Virus record (IMG/VR): IMGVR_UViG_3300020419_001132 | Length of the DNA stretch: 64,000 nucleotides | DNA from: a virus | Lineage: Duplodnaviria > Caudoviricetes | Strand: one strand, 5' to 3' | Shown here: positions 9,625-18,013 of the stretch, piece after piece | Position numbering within the stretch: position 1 is the stretch's first letter | Layout: each line of letters opens with the position of its first letter | Position numbers and translations under genes: made by a program | The notes under the pieces: model-generated | Databases searched by the model: none | What the model was told of the DNA's origin: nothing | The model's input: the letters and a program-made list of their open reading frames with translations, nothing else

Positions 9625-10481
9625 TAATAACTCTGTGCTAAACGCCACATTAGATATTCTTTGCTTTCGATAGGATCATACTTGTCTGGTTGGTCTGTTA
9701 GATTTTTTACTATAGTTCCAGGAGTAGGGTCTACAAAGTGTGGCATGCTGTGTCTAGGAATATGACAATGACTATTTTCAACTCTGTGTCGTGTGCTTTT
9801 AAAATAATCATTTGTCCAACGTTGTAACAAGTCTCCGATATTTACAACAACGCCATTCCATACATAAGGAACAGGATGCCATTTTCCATCTAAATCTTCA
9901 ACTTCTAATCCAGGTACGCTGTCTATCTGCCATAATAGTGTTATAGTTCCGTAATCGCTATGTTCACCAATTCTCATTTGTCTGTCTAATGTAGGCTTCA
10001 TTGCAGGATAATGTATGACTCTAGTTGTATTGTAAGGCTCTATATGTGCATCTACTAGTGTAGTTCCACTGTCTAGTATTGTATCAAATTTTGCCAAAAT
10101 ATCTAGCGTGAGTCTATCTGCAACGTCTATTGACTGCAATGCAGTTTCTTTAAATCCTTTGATGCTACTAGGCCAAAGATCATCAGGCATACGTGTATTG
10201 TTATAGTTAAAACTTTCTTTCATATCTTTAGGAGCAGTTGGATCTACATTTTCCGCACCTACTATACTGTAACCTAAATTGGTCTCTGTTCGGTAACTGT
10301 ATTTGTTTTTAGTTTCTTGATCTTGTTCAAAGAAACTTCTCATCAAGTCCCACCATACTTTCATAGTGTCCTGATCAGCATCTGAAAGTGCATGTTGGAA
10401 TACGGCGAAGCCTACCGTTGTATAGGCTTCGCGTATCTCTTCCAGTACTGTATTACTATTGTAATCAATTACTGGTATCAT
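9624..10481 (-). CDS. isopenicillin N synthase-family Fe(II)/2-oxoglutarate oxygenase
   Basis: IPVID N-terminus, HxD (EHSDYGTITLL), NIGDLLQRWTN, STRHRV, RxS (RHS); start MIPVID at 10481. Confidence 0.88.
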   Translation of the reverse strand: MIPVIDYNSNTVLEEIREAYTTVGFAVFQHALSDADQDTMKVWWDLMRSFFEQDQETKNKYSYRTETNLGYSIVGAENVDPTAPKDMKESFNYNNTRMPDDLWPSSIKGFKETALQSIDVADRLTLDILAKFDTILDSGTTLVDAHIEPYNTTRVIHYPAMKPTLDRQMRIGEHSDYGTITLLWQIDSVPGLEVEDLDGKWHPVPYVWNGVVVNIGDLLQRWTNDYFKSTRHRVENSHCHIPRHSMPHFVDPTPGTIVKNLTDQPDKYDPIESKEYLMWRLAQSY

Positions 10482-10482
10482 T

Positions 10483-11571
10483 TTAGTTTGGCACTTTTGC
10501 GTCGATGCCTTCAACATAGTATGTCATACTATCTAGATGAGCTCTACTAGCAACCTCACCGTCTTTAAGTTGAAGTTTGCCAGTATTATCTTTTAAAGGA
10601 CCTGTAAATGCAAAGTAAGTTCCGGCTTCAATAGCGGCTTTAACTTCTTCTGCTTTTGCTCTTACATCATCTGGCATGTTAGTAAACGGTGCCATTCCTA
10701 CTGCACAACCTGTTGCATCACATTCGCTGATGTCACCAAAGTATGTACCTGTTTCCCAAGTACCATCTAATACTGCACCTACTTTAGCAATATAATAAGG
10801 TGACCAGTTATCAATAGTTGCGGTTAACTGTGCTTTAGGAGCAAATCTGTATTGATCACTTGCTTGACCAAAACCAAATATACCTTGCTGTTGTGCAACC
10901 TGTATTGGAGCAGGCGAATCTGTATGTTGTGCAATTACATCACAACCTTGGCTAAACAACGCCTTGGCGGCGTCTGCTTCTTTACCTGGATCATACCATG
11001 TCATTACCCATACAATATCAATATCAACATCTGGGTTTACACTCTTGGCACCTAAGTAATAAGTGTTAATTTCTCTGATAACTTCAGGAATTGGATATGC
11101 GGCAACATAACAAATTTTGTTAGTCTTGGTCATCATACCTGCAATAACGCCCTGCACATGTCTAGCCTGGTACAGTTTTAAACCGTAATTAGCCATGTTA
11201 TCTGCTGTCTTATAACCAGTTGCATGTTCAAATTTTACATTTGGATATTCTTCTGCCACTTTTAACATACTGTCCATGTAACCAAAAGAAGTTGCAAATA
11301 TAATATCTACACCCTGCATAGCCATTTGACGCATTACACGAGATGCATCTGGACCATACTTTACGTTCTCAACGTATGTAGTTTCTACTCGATCACCAAA
11401 ATGTTTTTCGACATCCTGTCTACCAATGTCGTGTCTATAAGTCCAACCGTGATCACCTGTTGGTCCTACATATATAAAGCCTACTTTGACTTTGTCTTTA
11501 GGTTCATCAGCAAATGCTGATCCAGTAATTGCTAAAAAAATAGCAAATAGAGTTGAATAAAATAATTTCAT
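10483..11571 (-). CDS. BMP-family ABC transporter substrate-binding protein (purine nucleoside/nucleobase type)
   Basis: Signal peptide MKLFYSTLFAIFLAITGSAFA, KVGFIYVGPTGDHGWTYRH, IFATSFGY, WYDPGKE, QHTDS. Confidence 0.9.
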   Translation of the reverse strand: MKLFYSTLFAIFLAITGSAFADEPKDKVKVGFIYVGPTGDHGWTYRHDIGRQDVEKHFGDRVETTYVENVKYGPDASRVMRQMAMQGVDIIFATSFGYMDSMLKVAEEYPNVKFEHATGYKTADNMANYGLKLYQARHVQGVIAGMMTKTNKICYVAAYPIPEVIREINTYYLGAKSVNPDVDIDIVWVMTWYDPGKEADAAKALFSQGCDVIAQHTDSPAPIQVAQQQGIFGFGQASDQYRFAPKAQLTATIDNWSPYYIAKVGAVLDGTWETGTYFGDISECDATGCAVGMAPFTNMPDDVRAKAEEVKAAIEAGTYFAFTGPLKDNTGKLQLKDGEVASRAHLDSMTYYVEGIDAKVPN

Positions 11572-11601
11572 GTTTATCTCCTTCCGAGTTGTTATCTTAT
11601 T

Positions 11602-12063
11602 TTAAACAGGAGCATTCCACCAATGCTCCCAAGGAAAGTGTATCCAGATATCTTCCGTATCCTTAGCACATTCCTGTACATAATAATGAGGCTTGAATCC
11701 ACACTCATTATTCCACCAAAGAGATGCAAACCTAACCTCTACTTTCAGTTCAGTTGAACTCTCCATGTGTTCCTTAATTTTTATAAATGTTTCTCCCGAG
11801 TCGCATATATCATCTACAATCAATACACGTTCGTCGGTTTTTTTAGGTAAGTAATCTTCCCATTCTGGAAAATCTCTAAGGGAAGTTTTAATTGGCTTGA
11901 AAGGTTTCTTAAACCAATGAGACAACATTACTCCGGGGGTCAGTCCTCCCCTAGACAGCCCTACAATAACTTGAGGATCAAACTTGTCTAAAGTTACATG
12001 TCTACATAGAGCATTTACATCTCTACGCATCTCGTCCCATTTGTACCAGTGCTTGTGAGGCAT
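11602..12063 (-). CDS. xanthine/guanine phosphoribosyltransferase-like protein (type I PRTase)
   Basis: VGLSRGGL, PRPP motif LIVDDICDSGET, WIHFPWE C-terminus typical of Gpt-like enzymes. Confidence 0.82.
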   Translation of the reverse strand: MPHKHWYKWDEMRRDVNALCRHVTLDKFDPQVIVGLSRGGLTPGVMLSHWFKKPFKPIKTSLRDFPEWEDYLPKKTDERVLIVDDICDSGETFIKIKEHMESSTELKVEVRFASLWWNNECGFKPHYYVQECAKDTEDIWIHFPWEHWWNAPV

Positions 12064-12090
12064 TTTTACTTTCTGAAGTTGTCTACATGG

Positions 12091-12098
12091 TATTTATA
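12091..12098 (-). promoter_or_regulatory. perfect T4 late promoter TATAAATA upstream of the purine operon
   Basis: TATTTATA on plus is TATAAATA on minus, 27 nt upstream of the ATG at 12063 and downstream of a terminator. Confidence 0.65.
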
Positions 12099-12116
12099 AT
12101 ATTAGGAAATTTTGTC

Positions 12117-12144
12117 AAAAAAATAGGCTCCTTAGGAGCCTATT
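12117..12144 (-). terminator. intrinsic terminator
   Basis: 10-bp stem AATAGGCTCC/GGAGCCTATT followed by a T-run on minus, after the 12163-12543 gene. Confidence 0.8.
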
Positions 12145-12162
12145 ATACTTGGGGGGATATTA

Positions 12163-12543
12163 TTAAGCTACTGTTATGCTTGAAGCCGCTACTACATCTG
12201 TACCTGAAATGTCAATGTCATTAGGTCCAATTGAAGTTGTTGTTGCTCCTGCGTCTTTGCCAATAGTTCTTATTCTAGCTTGTAGTTCACTAGCACTTGA
12301 AATATTTGCATCCATTACTAAATGGATAACACCACTGTTATCATTAACAATAAAATATGCTAATGGATTTAATTCTTTTATAATTGCTTCTGCCGCTTCA
12401 TCTACTGCATCATCTTCTGCACGTAAATCAATTGCTGAGTTTGCGGCATTTTCTACTGTTACTTTGTAGCAATTAGCATTAGGTGAGTACATTGTACCAA
12501 CCGTGTTTGCCATTGATCCTACTCTTCTTGTTACTACTGCCAT
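12163..12543 (-). CDS. hypothetical protein, possibly a small virion protein
   Basis: 126-aa Ala/Asp/Thr-rich ORF with an SD and its own terminator. Confidence 0.7.
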   Translation of the reverse strand: MAVVTRRVGSMANTVGTMYSPNANCYKVTVENAANSAIDLRAEDDAVDEAAEAIIKELNPLAYFIVNDNSGVIHLVMDANISSASELQARIRTIGKDAGATTTSIGPNDIDISGTDVVAASSITVA

Positions 12544-12560
12544 TTTTTATCCCCTTATGT

Positions 12561-12806
12561 TTAAATTCCTAGCTTTGTTTCTTGGTTACTTAGAAATTGA
12601 TCCATTTTATCTAAGTTACCTTGAAATTTGTTTTGTAAACTTTGGAAATTCTTTTCCAAGTTTTTAAGTGCATCTCTAGCACCCATTTTATTTAGTATCT
12701 CTGCGAATCTACGCTTTAATTCTTCATCATTTATTTCTGTAGGCATTTGTATATCACTGCTTTTGCCTGTAAAGGTAGTTAGCTTTTCGATTTCATGTAA
12801 ACGCAT
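12561..12806 (-). CDS. hypothetical protein
   Basis: 81-aa ORF in operon context, starts MRLHEIE. Confidence 0.65.
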   Translation of the reverse strand: MRLHEIEKLTTFTGKSSDIQMPTEINDEELKRRFAEILNKMGARDALKNLEKNFQSLQNKFQGNLDKMDQFLSNQETKLGI

Positions 12807-12812
12807 TAAGCA

Positions 12813-15800
12813 TTACCCCATTTTTTTCAGTTTAGCTTGTTGCTCGGCTGTTCTAGCTTCTTTTTCACTCTTATATGTTTTACCACCAAACTCATATCCA
12901 TTAGCAGTCTTTTTATATGTGAACTTTCCGTATGCTTCTTCCAAACCCTTGGCAAGTTGAGCTCTGTATTTGTCTACTTCTTCATTATGTATTGCAGGAT
13001 CCTTAGCACGTAAAGCACCCGGTGGTTTTGGTCTATTTAATCCGCCAGCAATATCTCTAGTCATATAATCATCGTCTTTATATTCCTCATCTGGTGAATT
13101 ATCCCATTCTTCTCCGACATCTTCTTCACCCATTCCGCATGGACTCGGTGAATCCATTGGTCCTTCAGGATCCATCATTTGTATCTTGGATACCATGTCA
13201 TCATGTTTATCCTTGTACATTGGCATATCACTTACTGGTTCTGCCTTTTCCATTCCTGCGTTTCTAAGAAGTGCAACAAGTTCAGCAACTTCTGTAGAGT
13301 TATCGCCGTTCATTGATATGTTCATAGAAGCCGCTTCGTTTACTTTTTTAGTCATGTCGTACTCCTTATTTTCATTTTTTGGAGACCCATCTGGATTATG
13401 AGTTGCTCCGTATAGTCTATCCCATCTATCTTGCATCTTGTTTCTTCCGCCTTGGGTTAGTGGTCTAGGTTTTACACTTGCTTTTGGTTGTTTTGTTTTA
13501 TCTACTGTTTGGTTAGTAGTTGATGCCGCCGCGGCTCCCATTGCTTGTCCATCTTTATAAGCCGCCGCATTTGGATCAGATGTATTAACTTGGTCTTGGC
13601 CTTGACTAACTCCTCCGTCTTGATCAACTGCTTGTGATGTAGTAGTGTCTGACGCTTTTGGTTTACCTACTGTACTTCCGTCAGCTTTAGCTGATGCTAA
13701 GTTAGCAATCTTATCAAAAATTAATTGTTTAGCTGTACCTATAACTTTACCGTCTTTTTTGTAAAATTCTCCTGGATCTATTTCATCTTCTAAATCAGTA
13801 TATAGATCGCTCTTGAACTGTGCTAAGTATGATGCTGAAACTGCTTTGTATTGTTGATTTGTTGTTATCTGTTCAAACACCTCAAAAAGTGCAACTTCAT
13901 CAGTGCCTGCTCCAGTAAAGCCACCTTTCATTGCTTGATAAAGTTTAGCGGCCATTCCTGCTTCGCCGCCAGTTGCTTGGTCAACTTTTTTACTTGTGTT
14001 TTTATCTGATTGCTGGCCGTCTTGATCTTTTGCATCTGTTGACCCGTCATCTTTTGCATCTGTTGACCCGTCATCTTTTGCATCTGTTGACCCGTCATCT
14101 TTTGCATCACTTGCTGGCTTAGCATCACTGAGAGGAGTTGATAGATCCTCACTACCACTTTCTATGTAACCTTTAATGTCTTTACCGTAAGGTATACCTT
14201 GACCGTCTAAAAAGTCCTTAACCATCTGACCTTCAGGCTCAGTTACTTTAGCCATTGTTTGTGTATTTCTTACATAAACTTGCTTGCCGCCACTTATTGA
14301 TCTTACTCTATCTCTTTTACCAACAGGATCTTTTACAATATAAAAATCACTTTCGCTTTCATCCATTAGTGTATCAATGTAGAACGTTGCTGGAGGCAAT
14401 CCTAAGTAATCTAATATATCTTGTGGGAGCGGAATAAATCTACCTTTGCCTGCATCTGCATCTTGCCCAGCACCAGTAGCTGATGCTACCCCCTTAGGAT
14501 CATTTTTAATAACCTGACCCATTAAGTCTTTTACAGACTTAGGTAGTGTCATTTGATATTCTGTATCGTCGAACTTTGCTTTGTGCTTTGCTAACAAGTC
14601 TGAATATTCTTTCTGTTCTGCGGCTGATAATGCTTCAAGCAAATTACCACCTTCTAGAATATTCATAAAATATCTAAACTCTTGTGATTCAGCTTTTACT
14701 TGTTTGGATAATTCAGCCATTCTCTTTAGATCATCATAAAAAGTAATGACGCCGGGAATGTTACCCATTTTCTCCATTGCACCTATTGTGTTTGGTCCTG
14801 CATCACCGTCTTGTTTTGCTCCTAGCATTTCCTGTAAACGCTTCACAGCATCTACAGTACCTTTGCCATACTTTCCATCTATGGACATTTCAATGCCCAT
14901 ATCTTTTAATCTTGATTGTAATTCTTTGATAGCATCTACTTCGTCAGTATCATTGGCAAGTCCGCCTTTACCACTTTTGGCAAACTTTGCTAGAGCACCT
15001 CTTGGTGTGCTATCCTTTTTCTTTTTCTCTTTCTCTTTATCAAAGTCGGGATCAGTTATTGCTGGATCTCCATAAACATCTTTGTTAATGTCTTGGGCTG
15101 TTTTTTCACCATCTAAGTCTGCTTGTGCTGGATCCACGTCTGCATCTTTTCCTGCGGCTGACTTTGTCGCTTTTGCTTTGTTTGCCGCGGCATCAAAACT
15201 TGCTTTTGCTTTTTCTTTTTCAGCGGCTATTGCTATTTCTTTATCATACTTCCATTTATCTACAAGGTCCTGTGCAAAACCTATATTTGCATCATTAATT
15301 GTTTTATTTTTTATAGCAGAGTTCATTGCATCAACAATTTGTTGGAGTTCTAATTCTTCTGCATCTGATAACTTTTCTTCATTTAGCTGTTTGTATAGAT
15401 CACCAAATACAGATCTAAAATCTACATTAGCCATCATTACTTCGCCTTTTTGGGCTTTCTTTAGAAGTTCTTCGTATCTATCTATATACTTCATGATATT
15501 ATCATCAGTTATAGAAATTCCGCCTGCTTTGTCTGCATCTTTAGCTACATCTGTCTTTATTTCTTTACCAGGTACTTTAGTAGTACCTTTAATTTTTGCA
15601 TCGTCACCAAAGAATTTCTTTAACTGTTCTACAGTACCATATGTACGAACTTTTACATTATCTTTGTTAATCTTGTCTACATAGGGTGCAGTTCTGTCTA
15701 TGTTAAAATTACTACGTTTTCCGTTTGATTGTATTCTCCATTCTTTGCCTGGCTTAGAATCTTTTGCTTGAGCATCATCTGCCGCGCCTTTCATTTTTAA

Positions 15801-16241
15801 ATCAATCCTGTATTTTTTTGCAACTTTACCTGGAAGCAACCCTTTATTGTTTTGATCAATAGCATCGTCGTTGTCGCCTCTACCTAATTCATATCTATCA
15901 AATTCATCAACATCTGTAGTAATATATCTACCATTGTTCATGAACATGCCTTTTAATCCTAGGCGTTTTGCTATTTTACCAAAATATTGTCTTTCTAAGA
16001 AATCATCTGTAACTACAAAGTTTTTTATACCAGTAAATATATTATCATTATCTTTGCCGTCATCCAGTGCAAGTGCCATGTCGAAACCTTTGTTTAACAC
16101 AGCATCTCTATTAATCATTTTACCTTTGCTGTGTCCTGCAGATCCTCTAAGGACTGTAGCAACAATTTTATCTATCTCTTTATCAAATGTTGCTTCTGTA
16201 AGTATTTTGTGCCCTTCAGCAATGGTAATAAAATTTCTCAT
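12813..16241 (-). CDS. large putative internal virion protein with a peptidoglycan-binding domain and an annexin-like repeat
   Basis: PG_binding_1-like IKELQSRL...IDGKYGKGTVDAVKRLQ...QDGDAGPNT; annexin-like AAKLYQAMKGGFTGAGTDE; several [IL]xE motifs. Confidence 0.7.
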   Translation of the reverse strand: MRNFITIAEGHKILTEATFDKEIDKIVATVLRGSAGHSKGKMINRDAVLNKGFDMALALDDGKDNDNIFTGIKNFVVTDDFLERQYFGKIAKRLGLKGMFMNNGRYITTDVDEFDRYELGRGDNDDAIDQNNKGLLPGKVAKKYRIDLKMKGAADDAQAKDSKPGKEWRIQSNGKRSNFNIDRTAPYVDKINKDNVKVRTYGTVEQLKKFFGDDAKIKGTTKVPGKEIKTDVAKDADKAGGISITDDNIMKYIDRYEELLKKAQKGEVMMANVDFRSVFGDLYKQLNEEKLSDAEELELQQIVDAMNSAIKNKTINDANIGFAQDLVDKWKYDKEIAIAAEKEKAKASFDAAANKAKATKSAAGKDADVDPAQADLDGEKTAQDINKDVYGDPAITDPDFDKEKEKKKKDSTPRGALAKFAKSGKGGLANDTDEVDAIKELQSRLKDMGIEMSIDGKYGKGTVDAVKRLQEMLGAKQDGDAGPNTIGAMEKMGNIPGVITFYDDLKRMAELSKQVKAESQEFRYFMNILEGGNLLEALSAAEQKEYSDLLAKHKAKFDDTEYQMTLPKSVKDLMGQVIKNDPKGVASATGAGQDADAGKGRFIPLPQDILDYLGLPPATFYIDTLMDESESDFYIVKDPVGKRDRVRSISGGKQVYVRNTQTMAKVTEPEGQMVKDFLDGQGIPYGKDIKGYIESGSEDLSTPLSDAKPASDAKDDGSTDAKDDGSTDAKDDGSTDAKDQDGQQSDKNTSKKVDQATGGEAGMAAKLYQAMKGGFTGAGTDEVALFEVFEQITTNQQYKAVSASYLAQFKSDLYTDLEDEIDPGEFYKKDGKVIGTAKQLIFDKIANLASAKADGSTVGKPKASDTTTSQAVDQDGGVSQGQDQVNTSDPNAAAYKDGQAMGAAAASTTNQTVDKTKQPKASVKPRPLTQGGRNKMQDRWDRLYGATHNPDGSPKNENKEYDMTKKVNEAASMNISMNGDNSTEVAELVALLRNAGMEKAEPVSDMPMYKDKHDDMVSKIQMMDPEGPMDSPSPCGMGEEDVGEEWDNSPDEEYKDDDYMTRDIAGGLNRPKPPGALRAKDPAIHNEEVDKYRAQLAKGLEEAYGKFTYKKTANGYEFGGKTYKSEKEARTAEQQAKLKKMG
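14025..14108. repeat. 24-bp tandem repeat, 3.5 copies, in frame (DAKDDGST)
   Basis: ATCTTTTGCATCTGTTGACCCGTC at 14025, 14049 and 14073, plus a partial copy at 14097. Confidence 0.95.
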
Positions 16242-16810
16242 TATTTACTCCCTATAGGACTTTTGGTGTTTTCAGTATCGCCAATATCTTTTGATTCTCC
16301 TGGCTTTACACCTTCAACAGCGTCTATTTCTCTTTCTTTTCTTGCAGTTTCTAATTCTTTGAGTAGGTCCATAATCCTGTTACCACCTACCTTGTCTTGA
16401 CAATCAGGATCAGCTGATTCCATTTCTTCTGTGGTTAGTTTTGCTTCATATGGTTTTTTCTCTGGATTATCTGGTTGGTATTCTTCAACTGGGTCAAACT
16501 CTCCTCTTACAATACAATATCCGTGTGAGCAAGGAATTGAATCACATAAGTACTTCTCTAACAGGTGTGCTGTTACAGGGTAACCTACTTCTGCTTCAAA
16601 GTGTGTCACTTGTTGATTTTGTAATTGTGGAAAGTCCAACGGCTTTTCTGAAATTGGCGTTGTTTTCCCTTTTGAAAACCCTATAACTTCATATTTGTTA
16701 AGTGCTGTTTCCATTTTGTTTTCGCAATCTTCGGGCAATTCGCCTGCAATGCGTATTTTAAATTTATAAGTCTTTTTAGACTCTGTTAGATATTCTGCAA
16801 ATTTTTTCAT
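16241..16810 (-). CDS. hypothetical protein, probably virion
   Basis: 189-aa ORF starting MKKFAEYLTES, downstream of a late box. Confidence 0.7.
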   Translation of the reverse strand: MKKFAEYLTESKKTYKFKIRIAGELPEDCENKMETALNKYEVIGFSKGKTTPISEKPLDFPQLQNQQVTHFEAEVGYPVTAHLLEKYLCDSIPCSHGYCIVRGEFDPVEEYQPDNPEKKPYEAKLTTEEMESADPDCQDKVGGNRIMDLLKELETARKEREIDAVEGVKPGESKDIGDTENTKSPIGSK

Positions 16811-16829
16811 GATACTGATCCTATATTAT

Positions 16830-17327
16830 CTATTTATCCATATTCTTGAGTTTTTCTAATATGCTGTTACGATCTGCAACTATATAACCTTCGCCTTGAA
16901 CTATTTCACCGTTTGGATTTATGTCTTTATCCAGCTTTTCTTTTTTCAACTGTAGCTCTACCATTTTAAGTTTTTTTTCTAACTTAGCATTTTTTGCATC
17001 TAAATTTGTTTTCAGCATTTGCCCTGCTACTTCAAATATCCTACCGCTATATCGAGATTCTACATTCATACCCAAGTCCATAAGGTCTTCGTAAGCATCC
17101 ATGGATTTTACAGCTACTTCGTCTAGCTCACCATCGCCTAAATCTCCTAATCCTTTTACCTGTGGTAAAGCCGCTTGTATCTTATCAAGTTCCTGTATAC
17201 TACGTATAGTATCTTCTTGTTCTACAATAGCAGATTCTTTTTTTTCCTCTTTGTCCTGATCAATAATTTCTTTTGAATCAGGTAGATTGAGAAGGTCTTC
17301 GAGTTTTTTAGTCATAATAGTTTCCAT
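16830..17327 (-). CDS. terS: terminase small subunit (T4 gp16-like)
   Basis: Helical protein with RIFEVAGQMLK, resembling the RAYEVAGQLIK motif of T4-like gp16; true start may be MTKKL at 17315. Confidence 0.7.
   Translation of the reverse strand: METIMTKKLEDLLNLPDSKEIIDQDKEEKKESAIVEQEDTIRSIQELDKIQAALPQVKGLGDLGDGELDEVAVKSMDAYEDLMDLGMNVESRYSGRIFEVAGQMLKTNLDAKNAKLEKKLKMVELQLKKEKLDKDINPNGEIVQGEGYIVADRNSILEKLKNMDK
16831..16838 (-). promoter_or_regulatory. late promoter box GATAAATA
   Basis: TATTTATC on plus, 20 nt upstream of the ATG at 16810. Confidence 0.55.
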
Positions 17328-18013
17328 TAAATACTAGTATTATTTAGTGTTGATAGCGGATCCTCGGCCCATTCTTCTCTGTCAATTTTGACATACCAAG
17401 CTCTATAAGGCTTTCCGTAACCTTCAAATTTAGGGTTCCATAAGTATTTACGCATCCACTTATCATATCCTTTGCCTGACCCTGCGTTATTTGTTTTAAT
17501 AAAAACTCTTTTTACATGTTTAAAAACATCATTAAAGAAAAACACCCAGTCAAATCTTGTTCCTTGTTCTAGGTATTTCTTTGCTGGTCCGGCAGTTGCT
17601 AGTGAGTCAAACGTTGTTCTAGTAGCAGTAAACAAATCGTATTTTCCAGGAAACTTCATAGGCTTTCTATTATAGATGTACATAGGATGTACTTTGAGAT
17701 TTATAATTTCCCAGCACAATGGATATATTTCTCCTTCAAACTCGTCACCTATATCAGTAGCCTCTACTTGAATGCCTTCTTTCATTAACAACCAAGGAAG
17801 TAATCCGATTCCGGTACCGACATCGATAGCAGTTTTTATTCCGTCCAAATTACATCTCTGAACAAAGAATTCTTTCTCTTTTAAATAATGATCCCATTTA
17901 CGTAAAAACTTTGCTCCTACACCATACTTGTCAGGATATCCGTGATTAGTAGTTTCTATGTTTGGATTTCTTAATAATTTTTGTAATATTTCTTCTTTAT
18001 AGTCTATTATCAT
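17327..18013 (-). CDS. putative SAM-dependent methyltransferase
   Basis: IDVGTGIG motif I, ATDIG motif II, KYDLF. Confidence 0.6.
   Translation of the reverse strand: MIIDYKEEILQKLLRNPNIETTNHGYPDKYGVGAKFLRKWDHYLKEKEFFVQRCNLDGIKTAIDVGTGIGLLPWLLMKEGIQVEATDIGDEFEGEIYPLCWEIINLKVHPMYIYNRKPMKFPGKYDLFTATRTTFDSLATAGPAKKYLEQGTRFDWVFFFNDVFKHVKRVFIKTNNAGSGKGYDKWMRKYLWNPKFEGYGKPYRAWYVKIDREEWAEDPLSTLNNTSI

Noticed and set aside
9624-10481. Beta-lactam (isopenicillin N) biosynthesis
   Set aside because: Only the fold family matches; there is no ACV synthetase and the context is purine salvage
9103-12063. Host chromosomal contamination or a prophage boundary at the purine genes
   Set aside because: Flanked seamlessly by phage genes, similarly AT-rich by eye, with a phage late box and compact overlaps; no integrase or att site seen. 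Read mapping would be the final check.
12091-12118. sigma70 promoter using the TTGACA upstream of the purine operon
   Set aside because: No canonical -10 hexamer at 16-18 nt spacing; the TATAAATA late box explains the site better
14025-14108. Possible CRISPR array
   Set aside because: The repeats are directly adjacent with no spacers, are in frame within a CDS, and there are no cas genes
15082-15684. 200-aa plus-strand ORF, and the many similar antisense ORFs (e.g. 3961-4437, 31021-31482, 32793-33377, 53735-54154)
   Set aside because: Shadow frames opposite well-supported minus-strand genes, with Ser/Leu/Phe-rich composition and no SD or motifs
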